NCBI RefSeq assembly: GCF_006345805.1
Contig: NC_043016.1
Coordinates: 10,478,001 to 10,542,000, forward strand
Reading direction: 5' to 3'
Origin: Octopus sinensis
Taxonomy: Eukaryota
DNA length: 64,000 nucleotides
Shown here one piece after another: positions 23,266 to 37,404 of the stretch. The position numbers were made by a program, and so were the translations under genes. Numbering within the stretch: position 1 is the stretch's first letter; each line of letters opens with the position of its first letter. The notes beneath the pieces were generated by a model. That model saw nothing but the letters and a program-made list of their open reading frames with translations. It searched no databases and had not been told where the DNA came from.

Positions 23266-23336
23266 ACATTATAGAGTTGCTTCTATTGCACAATTCAAAT
23301 TTATTCTACAGTACTTTTTTACTTTATTAGCTACAG

Positions 23337-24294
23337 CAGTGGTTCACAGCTGGGGTCCATATAGCCCCTGAGGGTGAATATAAGATTTTTGGGGAGTCCA
23401 CGCAATAAAATAGTATATTAGGGATCCACAATAGTATTTTAAGGGACCCCTGAAAAACTTTTGCTTTAGATGTATGTATTGGTATGCAGTGAAAAACAAA
23501 ATAGGGGTTTTGGAAGAAGTTTCTATAGAACTAATTTTTTAACATCAAATGGCTTTGAGGGTCACCAGAATAAATTAGTAATCAATGGGGTCCATATATG
23601 AGAAATGACTGAGAATCCCTGCTTTTGATGTATGTATTGGAATGTATCACAAGAAACAGATTGGTTTCTTTCTCTAAAGTTTAGCATACTTCAACTTATA
23701 CAAGTTAATTGGTGGAAAACAAAATATCAATTTTGGAAGAAGTTTCAATTAAAAAAAAATAGTTTTTAAACAATGAATGGCTAAGAGGGTCCATAAGAAT
23801 AAAATAGTAATCAAAAGGGTCCATAGATAAAAAAATGGTTGAGAACCCCTGCTTTTGATGTATGTATTGGTATGAATTGCAAGAAACAGTCAGGTTTCTT
23901 TCTCTAACATTTTACATTGTTCAACCTACACAAGTTAATGTGTGATAAACAAAATAGAAATTTGGGAAGAAGTTTCTATAAAACTAGTTTTTAGATATAG
24001 AATTGGCTATGGGGATCCACCAAAATAGGATAGCAATCAAAGGAGTCCATAGGTGAAAAAATGGTTGAGAACCCCTGATTTAGATGTATTTATTGCAAGA
24101 AACAGTTAGGTTTCTTTCTCTAACATTTTTCATAGTTCAACCTACACAAGTTAATGTGTGAAAATCAAAATAGGAATTTTCAAAGAAGTTTCTAGGAAAC
24201 TAGTTTTTAAACATAGAATGGCTACAGAAGCCCACCAGTATAAAAAAAAATAAAAGGGGTTCATAGATAAAAGAAAAATGGTTGAGAACTCCTA
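23337..24294. mobile_element. hAT MITE with tandemly repeated right end (4 right TIRs)
   Basis: Left TIR CAGTGGTTCAC; right TIR GGTTGAGAACCCCTG-like ending at ~23621, 23851, 24077 and 24294; 8-bp TSD AGCTACAG (23329-23336, 24295-24302). Confidence 0.85.
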
Positions 24295-24534
24295 AGCTAC
24301 AGCAATCTATGAAGCAAATTGTGGTCTTAAAAACTTCTCCAGTACCCCCCACGGACAAAAGAAAACAATAATATGTGTTTCTCTGGAAAATGAAAAGATG
24401 AAATGAAACATGATGAATATGAATGCATGAATAAGCTGAGTAATGAGTGCAAAAGCAAGAAACAAAGATGAAATGGAGTATTTCGTACTAGTCTGAAGAA
24501 ACTCTGAAGGTCTCGGAGTGACCAATCTAATATG

Positions 24535-24860
24535 TAGGCACCTTGGGCAAGTGTTTTCTACTATAGCATCATACTGATCAAAGCCTTCTGAGTGGATTTG
24601 GTAGGCAGAAACTGAAGGAAGCCTGTATTGTGTGTGTGTGTGTGTGTGTATTTGTCCCATGCCACTGTTTGACAACTGGTGTTGGTGTGCCTACATCCCC
24701 ATGACATAGCAGTTCAGCAAAAAAGATCAATAGAATAGTTACCATTGTTTAAATGAATAAAAAGATATTAGAGATTATTTGTTTGACTAAAAATTCCTTA
24801 AGGCAGTGCCCCAGCATGGCCTCAGTCCAATGACTGAAACAAGTAAAGATAAAAGAAAAG
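24535..24860 (+). mobile_element. SINE A, 5'-truncated
   Basis: Homology to family A. Confidence 0.8.
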
Positions 24861-25459
24861 AATATATGTAGACAATAAAGGAACAAAACACCAATAAAAA
24901 AAATTTAAGTTCTATAAAGCCACAAGAACCATAAAAATATTTTGTTTTGCTTCAAATAAAAACATGGGACCAGCTTCCTCCTGGGATTAAAATAGCAGTA
25001 TTGTTTGTTCTTGTAGAACACCCATGGTGATAAACATTATTTCTAAATATAAATATTGCTTTCATCTTTGATAGAGATTTTCTTAATGAGCTAATTTACT
25101 TGTTACAGTATCAGTGATTGTGTGTCACTTTTTTCGCTTTATATTTCAAGCTAGGGTGAATTACTGTTATGTCTAGCAGACGAGCATCCATCACTGAGAA
25201 TGACCATAATAAGGTCAAAACCATGTGTTCTGGTGGTCTCAGGGTTTGAATATTAGGGAGTTCTCTCCCTGCTTGAAATATATATGTGCTTTTTTCATAT
25301 ATTGTTGTTCATCTGAAACCAAAATATTAAAAATTTATCTTTTTACCTCAAGCCCTAGAATTCATAAAGTTTTTTTGTCATATAAGAAGCGGAAATCACA
25401 AAATTCCTCTCTGACTGGACATCAGTCCATTTCAATGCTGAAGGCCAGTAATTTTAAAA

Positions 25460-25646
25460 GGAGGGAAAAGTCAATTATACTGACCCCCACCAGTGCTTTA
25501 TTTTATAGACCCCAAAACAGATGAAAGACAAAGTTGACCTTGCCAGAATTTGAACTCAGAACTTAAAGAACGAAATGCTGCTGAACATTTTGCCCAGCAT
25601 GCTAATAATTGGCCGGCTTGCTGCCATTGCCACCTTAATAATAATA

Positions 25647-25677
<31 letters not shown>

Positions 25678-25717
25678 CGATGACGATAATAATAATAATG
25701 ATGATAATAATAATGTG

Positions 25718-25780
<63 letters not shown>

Positions 25781-25782
25781 TC

Positions 25783-25816
<34 letters not shown>

Positions 25817-26265
25817 TTGGTTTCAGATTTTCGCACGAGGCCAGCAGTTTTGGGGGGGGGGTAAGTTGATTATACTGACCTCAGTGTCCAAATGGTACTT
25901 ATTTTATTGACACCAAAAGGAATGAAAGGCAAAGTCGACCTTAGCGGAATCTGAACTCAGAATGTAGAGATGGACTAACTGTTACTAAGTATTTTACCCG
26001 GCATTCCTGTGACTCTGCCATCTTGCCACCTTTGTTTCAAATTTTGGCACAACACTAGAAATTTCAGAATCTCCTTACAAAATTTCAGAGAGGGAGTAAG
26101 TCAAGTACATTGACCCCAGTACTCAACTGGTACTTATTTTATTTGCCATGAAAGAATAAAAATCAAATTCAACTTCAGTGGGATTTGAACTCAGGACATA
26201 AAGAGTTGAAAGAAATGCTGCCAAAAATTTTGCTCAAAGTATTAATGATTCTACCAGCTAACAAC
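25460..26265 (-). mobile_element. Three tandem decayed SINE B-type copies with an (AAT)n/(GAT)n tract
   Basis: TTTGAACTCAG and AAAGTCGACC motifs, each repeated three times. Confidence 0.75.
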
Positions 26266-26471
26266 CTTTTATGGCTCAGAGCATTAAAACACTAGATTGG
26301 CATGAAATCATTTACAGACATGTTTCAATCTTTGACACTTCGGTATGTTCCCTTACTTCAAAAATCTGTGAGATAGGTAAGGAAAAGGGAGAGACCTGGT
26401 TTCTATAAATCTGTTATTCATGTACATACATCTATGTATGTATGTGTGTGTGTATATATATATATATATAA

Positions 26472-26620
26472 AGTTAATCCAAACAAGAAAGCACAAAAAA
26501 ACACAACAACGCGAGAACGTGGAACAAATATAGTATTATTGGACACTCAGGAAAGGAGGAAAGAAGGAGGGTTTAACGTTTTGAGCGGAGCTCTTCGTTG
26601 GAAACATAGGAGAAGGAAAG
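26472..26620 (-). mobile_element. Family H2 copy with decayed hammerhead (26571-26605)
   Basis: Homologous to 9408-9605. Confidence 0.75.
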
Positions 26621-26804
26621 ATATGTATACCTGACATAAGTTTCATAAACTACAAAATATAAATATCCACACTACCACACCTGAAGCGTACCTGTTATAA
26701 CTCTTTATCTTGTTTTGAATGTTTGTGAAGGTATTTAGATTGCCCAAAGTTATTTCTGCAAATGTGCTAAGCACTGATGCCAATCATAGTTTAATCAATA
26801 AGCG

Positions 26805-27150
26805 TTGACTGCTGGGACCCCCCTTCGGTCATGACTGACTATGGGATTGCCCCTAGAAAGTTACCCTCCAAGGCACAAGTCTGGGAAAGGTTGTTTATGG
26901 AAGGCCAGCAGTCGCCCATGCATACCAGCTTCCTCTCGCCACACCACCAGTGTTATCCAAGGGAAATGCAAAGACCCACACAGCTTGGCACCAGCGATGT
27001 TGTAACTCATTTCTACAGCTGAATGAACTGGAGTAACGTGAAATAAAGTGTCTTGCTCAAGAACACAACACGCAGCCCAGTCTGGGATTTGAACTTACAA
27101 CCTCACGATTGTAAGTTTGACGCTCTAACCATTGAGCCATGTGCCTTCAC
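26805..27150 (-). mobile_element. tRNA-derived CORE-type SINE, family D
   Basis: Minus strand TGGCTCAATGG A box, AGTTCAAATCC B box, TTCTTGAGCAAGACACTT CORE-like motif; relatives at 27540, 41000-41512 and 50680. Confidence 0.8.
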
Positions 27151-27821
27151 AATAAGCGTAGGAGCAAGGTAAATGCAGTAAAAATAGGAGGGGGTCAGTG
27201 GGGGCCCCATTTAAGCGGCCCTTCAGAAATCGAACCTCCTTACAATACTCCCTGGGAGTTCATGGTATGAAATTCATTGTCATTGCTCGGATTCGGCCGC
27301 CAATGCCATGTATTTAGCTTAAAATGCAGTAAAAATAGTGAGGTCAGTGGGGCCCCAACTAGGCGGCCCTTAAAAAAATAGACCCCCTTAGGACATTCCC
27401 TGGGATTAGGGGAGTTGCTGGTTTGAGTTTCATTGTCCTTGCACCAATGGTCTAGGAGGAGTTAACAAACATAAAAACATAATGGACAGAGAAACATCAA
27501 TTGAATTTATAAAATTGTGAGGTTGGAGTGTAGATGAGGGTGCAAATGGCCTACTGGTGTTGCATTCACAATGAATTCCTGGACCAGATGGTGCATTGTG
27601 TTCTTGAGCAAAACACTTCATCTCACGTTGCTCTGTGATCACTTCGACACCTGATGCATGGCACACCTGTGTGCACCTGTTCAGGCAACTTCGGTTTGAT
27701 GGAGAAAATGAGCTAATGTCCATTACAAACATTTGTTCTCTATGCACAAAGCATTTGTGTGGGTTGTTCAAAAAGAAATTTCAGGACTGTCTTTCTCTTT
27801 CTTGAAGACTATCATCATCAC

Positions 27822-27870
<49 letters not shown>

Positions 27871-28129
27871 TTATATATATATATATAGGTGCAGGCATGG
27901 TAGTGCAAATTTAATCATCAATGTACTTTCCCTGATTATCTATGACATCCTTCCATCTATTTACAAGCTTCACTATATATATATATATATATATATATGA
28001 TTAAATTTCAATTAAATATAACATTTGATCACTTGCTTTCTTTATTCAAAATCGGACAGAAGTTATAGGAGGACCTGACACATACATACACATACACACA
28101 CACATGCGCACGCATGAACACACACACAC

Positions 28130-28894
28130 ATATACGACGGGCTTCTTTTAGTTTCCACCTACCAAATCCACTCACAAGGCTTCAGTTGGCCCGAGGCTGT
28201 AGTAGAAGACACTTGCCCAAGGTACTATGCACTGGGACTGAACCCGGAACCATGTGGTTGGGAAGCAAGCTCCTTACCACACTATATATTACTCTTTTCT
28301 CTTTTACTCTTTTATTTGTTTCAGTCATTTGACTGTGGCCATGCTGGAGCACCGCCTTTAGTCGAGCAAAACGACCCCGTGACTTATTTTTTGTAAGCCC
28401 AGTACTTATTCTATCGGTCTCTTTTGCCGAACTGCTAAGTGACGGGGACGTAAACACACCAGCATCGGTTGTCAAGCAATGCTAGGGAGACAAACACAAA
28501 CACACACACACACACTTATATATATATATATATACATATATACGACAGGCTTCTTTCAGTATTCCGTCTACCTAATCCACTCACAAGGCATTGGTCGGCC
28601 CAGGGCTATAGCAGAAGACACTTGCCCAAGATGCCACGCAGTGGGACTGAACCCAGAACCATGTGGTTGGTTAGCAAGCTACTTCCACACAGCCACTCCT
28701 GCGCCTATATATGTATATATATATATTTTATCTTTGACATTTTCCAGGTTTTGGACTTAAGTCATGCAGGAGAGATCTTCAAAACTTATTTTTAAGTTTA
28801 GTCGTTATTCTATCAGATTCTTTTTACAGATATGTAAATAAACCAATATCAGCTGGTGAGCAGTGGTCAGGACTACTACAATACAGCATGAAGA

Positions 28895-28939
<45 letters not shown>

Positions 28940-30125
28940 ACACATACACACACATACACATACACACACACATACACACACATACACACACATACACACA
29001 CACACATACACACACACACATACACACACATACACACACACATACACACACATACACACACACACATACACACACATACACACACACATACACACACATA
29101 CACACAAACACACACACACACACACACGCAAACACATACATATACACACAGACACATAGACATGCATGTTCTTTTATTCTTTTACTTGCTTAAGTCATTT
29201 GAATGCGGCCATGTTAGAGCACCACCTTTTTAGACAAACAAGTCAACCCCAGGACTTATTCTTTGTAAGCCTAGCACTTATTCTATCAGTCTCTTTTAGC
29301 AAACCACTAAATTATGGGGATGTGAACACACTAATATCAGTTGTCAAACGATGGACGTGGGGGACAAACACAGACACACAAACACACACATACCTATATA
29401 TATATATATAGCTTCTTTCAGTTTCCATCTACCAAATCTACTCACAAGGCTTTGGTTGGGCCAAGGCTATAGTAAAAAAACACTTGCCCAAGATGCCACG
29501 CAATGGGATTGAATTTGGAACCATGTGGTTGGTAAGCAAGCTACTTACTGGCAAACCGCAAAACCTATATACATTATATTATATATATATATAATAATGA
29601 GAAATATTTCATAGATATTGTTATTTTTTGTTAGTGCACATCCATATATTTCGGCAACGCATGTATTTGGGGGGACTATCTCACCACACCCATCAAATAT
29701 TATTAAATATTATGCACAGGAGTGGTTGTGTGGTAAGTAGCTTGCTTACAAACCATATGGTTCCAAGTTCAGTCCCACTGTGTGGTACCTTAGGCCAGTG
29801 TCTTCTACTATAATCTTGGGCTCACCAAAACCTTGTGAGTGGATATGGTAGACAGAAACTGAAAGAAGCCCATCATTTATATATATGTATATATATATAT
29901 GTATGTGTGTGTGTGTTTTTGTGTGTCTGTGTTTGTTTCCCCACCACCATCACTTGACAACCGATGTTGGTGTGTTTATGTGCCTGTAACTTAGCATTTT
30001 AGCAAAAGAGATCAATAGAATAAGCACTAGGCTTACAAAGAATAAATCCTAGGATTTATTTGTTCGACTAAAGGTAGTACTCCAGCATGGCCACAGTCAA
30101 ATGACTGAAACAAGTAAATGAATAG
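28130..30125. mobile_element. SINE A cluster: (-) 28130-28280, 28290-28706, 29170-29550; (+) 29712-30125
   Basis: Homology to family A. Confidence 0.88.
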
Positions 30126-30180
30126 AAGAAGAAGAATATCCATGGACCCTAGAGGAGTTCCATTGATTCAATATACTTAC

Positions 30181-30301
30181 TTCCTCTGGCAATTTTGCAT
30201 TAATATTCTTAGGATTGTCTTGTTGTTTAGACTCCAGGATATTAATCATTCTGCACCAATCAAAATGTTCTGCTGGATAAATGGGCGGGGTTTGTAAATT
30301 C
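30181..30301 (-). other. Candidate 121-bp internal exon of an unidentified minus-strand gene
   Basis: Acceptor TTTGCAG|G and consensus donor GAA|GTAAGT; only one frame is open (NLQTPPIYPAEHFDWCRMINILESKQQDNPKNINAKLPEE); non-repetitive context. Confidence 0.45.
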
Positions 30302-30921
30302 CTGCAAATTACCAAACAGATAGATGTATTGATAAAAGGCAAGGAATTTCAAAAAAGGATTGTTTTTGTTTGTTGTTTACATATAAACGCAGGTGGACAG
30401 AGATGGAGAGAGGAAAGAAAAGTACAGGAAGGAGATAAAAATCACAAAATGTATTCAGTTTTATGTGCGCAGAGAGGAAGGCAAGAAGAAGGCAATAAAG
30501 AAACCCCTAAAAAAACCCTACCCCCCCCAAAAAAAAAACTGAGGAACACAGGGAAGAGAGAAAGAAAGAGAAAAAGGGAAAATATAGAGTGATTTAATGA
30601 TGAACCCCATTTAGTTGACAGGGGATTTGAACTCCACATCAAAGCTGTGTTTCACTACTGAATAGACAAATGCCATAAATGAAACAAGGGGTTGGGGGGA
30701 GTAAAAGTTTGTTTTGATCATTATCAATTATGGAGTTAATAAATTGGCACCGTCCGAATTACTCTATTCAATGGGTTTGGTATTAGTAGATGCTTTATAT
30801 ATACATATTGCAGGTTTCCCTTTCTTCGTGTTCTGGTTTTCCTTATATATCATGCAGTAGTCAACATAGATAGATGGTCCCTTGGTAAGGTCAGCATAAG
30901 GCAGCCTTCCTTAGATGTAGA

Positions 30922-30952
<31 letters not shown>

Positions 30953-31154
30953 GCATATGTGCATGCATCTTTGTATGCATGCAAGTGCATGCCAATATTT
31001 ATATGTTCCATGCTTATTACTGTTTCCACAAAGCAGTGCTGATGTTGATGTTCATTGTTGACATTATGAACCAGTTTCTCTGTATTTTCAAAGATATGAG
31101 GAACAAAGAAACCCTTTACTTGAGGAACAGGTAAAGATTAGCTGCAGGAAGAGC

Positions 31155-31560
31155 ATCATCATCATCGTTTAGCGTCCGCTTTCCATGCTGGCATGGGTTG
31201 GACGGTTCAAACGGGGTTCTGGGAAGCCAGAAGGCTGCACCAGGCTCCAGTCTGATCTGGCAATGTTTCTACAGCTGGATGCACTTCCTAACGCCAACCA
31301 CTTCGCGAGTGTAGTGGGTGCTTTTTACGTGCCACCGGCACAGGTGCCAGCTGAGGCTGGTAAATGGCCATGATTGGATGGTGCTTTCTACGTGCTCATG
31401 CGAGGCTGGCAACGGCCACAATTGGATGGTGCTTTTTACATGCCACCGGCACGGAAGCCAGTCAGGGTGGCGCTGGCAACGGCCACGTTCAGATGGTTCT
31501 CTTATGTGCCACCGGCACTGGTATCACAGCTACAATTTCCATTGATGTTGATCGATTTTG
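31155..31560 (-). mobile_element. RTE 3' UTR-only copy
   Basis: Reverse complement of 16930-17325. Confidence 0.85.
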
Positions 31561-31999
31561 ATTTTGATATTGATTTGATTTTCAGGGCCATAAAAATCTT
31601 GCCTTGAATAACTCTTCTCCCAGACCCAAACTAGCATGGAAAATGTATGATGAATGAACAAATGATATAATTCTTATAGCTGGGTGCAGGAACAATAAGC
31701 GCTAGGCACTTAGATTTTCTCAAATGCTCAGGAGGTCATCATGAGGTTGTAGGTAATTTCTTATATCTTTATTGCCCACAAGGGCCTAAACATAGAGGGG
31801 ACAAACAAGGACAGACAAACAGATTAAGTCGATTACATCGATCCCAGTGTGTAACTGGTCCTTAATTTATTGATCCTGAAAGGATGAAAGGCAAAGTCGA
31901 CCTCAGCAGAATTTGAACTCAGAACATAGTGATGAGTGAAATACTGCTAAGCATTTCGCCCAACATGCTAACGAATCTGCCAGCTCGCCACCTTATTGT

Positions 32000-32520
32000 A
32001 AGTAATTTCTGTTACCTAAATGACGGAACTAGCAATGGTGGAGGATGCTCTGAAAGTATTGTTTCTAGAATAAGAATAGGGTGGAGGAAGTTCAGAGAGC
32101 TATTACCTCTGTTGGCAACAAAAGGACTCTCCCTCAGAGCGATGGTTGAATATGAACGGCTATACTCTATGGTAGTGAGATATGGGCTCTGGATGCAAGA
32201 GATATATATAGACTGGAGAGAAATGAAAGCAGTATTCTTCAGTGGATGTGCAACATCAGTGTGCATGTATGACAAGAGGAATCAAATGTAGCATGCAAGA
32301 AAGAAGACTATGTTGGTTTTGACATGTGATGCATATGAATGAGAACAGAAGCATAAAGAAGTGCTGATCACAGAAAGTAGATGGTACCCATGAAAGAGGG
32401 AGACCCAGGAAGACGTGAGATGAAGTGGTGAGGACTGATCTCAGGATGCTGGGCCTCATGGAGGAAATGACAATGGACAGAGAGGTTTGGCGATATGAAG
32501 TTCTTCAGAAGACCTGCTCA
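32000..32520 (+). pseudogene. Decayed RTE C-terminal fragment
   Basis: GGGCSESIVSRIRIGWRKFRELLPLLATKGLSLR. Confidence 0.8.
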
Positions 32521-32940
32521 TGACAATGAAACTGAGCTGTAAAACTGTTGTGTGTTCTACAAGCACTTCTGCACCACCCACACATAACAAGAAAACTTTT
32601 CACACACCCTAACTTAACAAACAACACTCACCCTACCCTGACAAACTACACGCACCCTACTTCAACAAACCACACACCTTACTCCCAACTATATCTCTTC
32701 TCCTGCTCATATTTCTTTCCTGCCCTATCCTTACCTCTCATTTCCCAATCCCATCCTCATGGCCCTGTTCCAGCAGCCCCTACTTCTAAATACTCAAATT
32801 TTCACCACTCGCTGCATTCAAATCTCACATTTCTCCACATTTCCTGATGAAGGGCACCTAACCTCAAAATATTAACCCGTTAACATTTGGATTACTCTAT
32901 CAAATGTAATATTTACATTATTTTGAATTACTCATGCATG

Positions 32941-33075
32941 GTTCTATATTTAAGAGATGACGAATTATGTACATTATTTACATTATTTACATTTGACGGA
33001 TTTTTGTCCTCATTTTGTTTGGTGTTAACAACAAACAAAATGAGGACAAATATCCGTCAATTGTAAATAATGTAC
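32941..33075. repeat. Head-to-head foldback of two H1 3' tails
   Basis: CATTATTTACATTTGACGGATTTTTGTCCTCATTTTGTTTG is mirrored by CAAACAAAATGAGGACAAATATCCGTCAATTGTAAATAATG. Confidence 0.8.
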
Positions 33076-33649
33076 TCACACATGGTCTTGTAGCTTTATG
33101 ATTTCAATGATGTGACTCTTTACTTTAGAAATGATATTGTAGGGTAAGTGTAAGAGGCCAGATCTGGCTGATTTGGACATAAATCAAGATGTGTTTTTAG
33201 TCTGGATTTGGTCAGTTTAAATTGCTAAAGGATTAAAGAAATACAGGGCAAAACTTAAAAAATTATTCTGTCTTCATTTTTGCATTGTTTCGGCTTTTTT
33301 CTTTAATCTAGTATCACACAATACTTCACCCAAAGGATTCCATTCTTAATATATTGTTTTGTTTCATCCACAACTATCTAAATATTTGAAGAATTTTGGA
33401 TGTCTGAAATGAGTTCATGTTTGGTTGGAATCGTTCATTCATTTTCTGCTTTTTTAGTTGAAAAGTTGAAACTGGAACTTTGCAGATTCTTTAATCCAGG
33501 GTGAAGGTAATTTTGTGTATTAACTCCATTATTGTTCGCAGGTGTTTGGTTTGTGTCTTTTGTTTATAGAAGAATGTTGTCAGGTGCGTGATGACGTCTT
33601 CAGATTTTGTCCAATGAGGTCATGGTATACCCTACCTACCTACCTACTT

Positions 33650-33757
33650 ACCAATATACATACATACACATGCACACACACATACATACGTACTTAACAT
33701 GCATACATATACATATACATATATAGATATACATATATATGTATATGTGTATATATA

Positions 33758-33813
<56 letters not shown>

Positions 33814-34407
33814 CATACATACATACATACATACATACATACATACATACATACATACATACATGCCTGCATATGTATACGATAATTGACTCATCATGTT
33901 AGCTGATAGTCATTTCACGTACATATATTTGTATACATACTTATATACATAGTTAGAAATATATATGTACATACAAACAAATACAAACACATATATACCT
34001 CCACACCTACACACAAACATACACATATACATACACATACATATGTATGTACATACATACATACATACATACATACATCCATACATGCATACATACATAC
34101 ATACAAACATACGTACATACATACAAACATACATACATACACACACATACATACATACATACATACATACATACATACATACATACATACATACATACAT
34201 ACAAACATACATACATACACACATACATACATACATACACATACATACATACATACACATACATACATACATACATACATACATACATACATACATACAC
34301 ACATACATACATACATACATACATACATACATACATACATACATACATACATACATACACACATACATACATACTTACATACATACATACATGCATGCAT
34401 GCATACA

Positions 34408-34439
<32 letters not shown>

Positions 34440-34607
34440 CATGCACACACGCATACATACAAATACAGAAAATCCTACAGACTTACATACACAAATATAT
34501 ACAAACAAACAAATGCAAACACAAATGTATATAAATACATACACACATACATACTTATGTACATACATTCATACATACAATCACATGCATACACAGGCAC
34601 ACACACA

Positions 34608-34650
<43 letters not shown>

Positions 34651-34790
34651 GAAATGCAAACACTCGTATTTACAGCAATAAATGAATACATACTTACATA
34701 CACACACACATGCTTTCATACACACACATACATTCATGTATACATACTTATATGCAAATGGTACATACGCACACAAACACACGCACATTC
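33650..34790. repeat. (TACA)n/(TA)n/(CA)n microsatellite field
   Basis: Seen directly. Confidence 0.95.
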
Positions 34791-35717
34791 ATGCAAGAAT
34801 TATAAACTATCTCAGCACTATACACCCATTGTTAAAAAAATCTATTATCATTTGAGATAGAAAAAAAATCATAGAAACATCTGGAAGAATTTTTTTCCAA
34901 GAATTGCAATCAATTAAAACTCACCTTTATGCTTTCTTTGCATTTTAGTGGACATGGAGGTACAAATTTACTTACACATATGTACTAGTATATACATACA
35001 CAAACACACACACACACACACAGATAAGAATACGCTTTCAGACATAGATTTGTGTGTGTGCGAGAGAGAAAGGGAGAGAAAGAAAAAATAGAGAAGGAGA
35101 AAGAGAGAGAGAGAAAGAAAGAGAAAGAGATAGTGTGTGTGTGTGTGTGTGTGTGTGTGTCTTATTAAATTAAAAATTTTTAATTTAAATAATTTAAATT
35201 TTAAATTTGATATTTTATATATTTTGTATATTATATTAATTATGTTTGTTTTTATGTTTTGGTTTATGTTTTTCATTGTTTGATTTGCCTAATAGTGGTT
35301 TTATCTGTAATTTAATCTATATATATATATATATAATATATATATATATATATACTACAAAATTAGAAAATGGAGAAACATACTTAAATCAATAAAACAT
35401 CAACTATCAGATGATACCCAACCAATACTTTATTACACCATTACATATCAGTAAAGGCATATACAAAATATAAAGTAAATATAAATAGACAAGGAAATAG
35501 AAATATAAAATATAAAATATAATATGTAATTATATCATATCTGACATATATATATATATATATACATAGTTCATAGATGAGAATCAGATATTCTTCATAT
35601 AGAATACACTTAGCAGTGCTCAAGAGAAACTTAAGCAGGTAGAGGAGAATATGTAATATGAGAAATTTATACAAACAATTATGAGAAATGTATACACACA
35701 CAAAAGGTTTGACATAC

Positions 35718-36000
35718 ATCATCATCATCATCAAATGTCCATTGTTCATGCTGGCATGAGTTGGACAATTTGACCAGGGCTGGCATGCTGGTAGGCTGCA
35801 CCAGGCTCCAGTCTGATTTGACACGGTTTTCTATCGCTGGATGCCCTTCTTAATGCCAATCACTCTAAGAGTGTAATGGGTGCTTTCACATTCCACAGAC
35901 ACAGGTGCCATTTGTGTGACACCTGTATCTGCCACGACTGTAGTTTTAACTTAGTTTGATGGGTCTTCTTCTCAAGCTCAACATAATGCAAAAGGTCTTG
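35718..36000 (-). mobile_element. RTE subfamily 2 3' UTR copy
   Basis: Reverse complement of 12910-13200. Confidence 0.75.
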
Positions 36001-37164
36001 GTGAATGAAGGAGGAAATACAAGAAAGAGAAGAGATGTAGATTGATTTGTAGGGGCAGGGTGAGGAAAAAGTTTGCTCATTACGTGTGGGTGGAACACGG
36101 AGCCTGGGGGCTAGCAGATGGAGTGAAACAAGGCATACAGGTAGAGAGCAGGGGCAAGCAAAGAACAATGATAGAGTGGCACTGGGCCAAGAGGACAAGA
36201 TTGAGGAGTGAGAGGTAATCGTAGTACATGAAGCGGGAATGTGAGGAAGAGAAGGGATGTAGAGACATAGTTTGGTTCGTTGTGGTAGAGCATGTGAGTG
36301 GGTTTTCTATGCAGTGCTTCTAAATAATAATCCTTTCTACTAAAGACACAAGGCCAGTATTTCGGAGGAGTTGGGGGTGGGGGGTATGTTGATTACATCA
36401 GCCCCAGAAATGACGGAAGGCAAAGTCAACCTTGGTGGATTTTGAACTGAGGACATAGCAACAGGCAAAATACTACGAAGCACTTCTTCCAGCATGCTGA
36501 CCACTCTGCGAGCTTCTCACCTTAAACAACAACAATAATAATGATATTGATGGTGGTGGTGGTGGGGGTGGGAGAAGGAGGAGGTAGAGAAAGAGGAGGA
36601 GGTGGAGAAGAAGGAGGAGGCGGAGAAGGAGTAGGAGGAGTAGGAGTAGAAGGAGTAGTAAGAGGAGGAGGAGGTGGAGAAGGAGGGGAAGAGAAGGAGG
36701 AGGAGGAGAATAGTGGTGATGGTGATGATGATGATGATGATTCTTCTACTATACTCACAAGGCCTGAAGTTTTGTGGGGGGATAGATAGTCGATTACCTA
36801 AACCCCCAGTGCATAACCGGTACTTATTTCACTGACCCCCCACCCCCACACACATCCCCGAAAGGACGAAAGGCAACGTCGACCTCAGACAGAATTTGAA
36901 CGTGGAACACAAAGATGGACAAAATGCAGCTAAGCATTTCGTGCACCATTGCTAATTAATGAGTCGGTCAGATCTCCCCCCCCCCACGTCATGTGATGAT
37001 GACTGTCCATGTGCACGAGTCCTGAGTCATAGAATCGAAAGTGACTCACCGTATATTCCTTAATTCGATTTGATTTCCCAGTGATCTGCAACCGGATATT
37101 GATGTTTACTTTCCTCGGGCTGTGTGTGTTTTTATCCACACCCGCTTAGGTCAGCTATCATCAG

Positions 37165-37352
37165 GCACTGGTTTGGCTGTGTGGTAAGAAGCTTGCCTCC
37201 CCGGCTACATGGTTCCAGGTTCAATCTCACTATGTGGCACCTTGGGCAAGTGTCTTCTACTATAGCCTTAGGCTGATCAAAGCCCTGTGAGAAGATTTGG
37301 TAGATGGAAACTGAAAGAAGCCCATTATGTGTGTGCTTGTGCATGTCTGTGT

Positions 37353-37404
<52 letters not shown>

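Noticed and set aside
32843-32880. CTGATGAAGGG..CCT-CAAAATATT, a possible further hammerhead
   Set aside because: GAAA is broken, stem I does not pair and there is one copy; it may be a decayed pLTR but cannot be supported.
33400-33630. Cluster of plus-strand splice-like signals
   Set aside because: No coherent exon or open frame; T-rich DNA generates such sites often.
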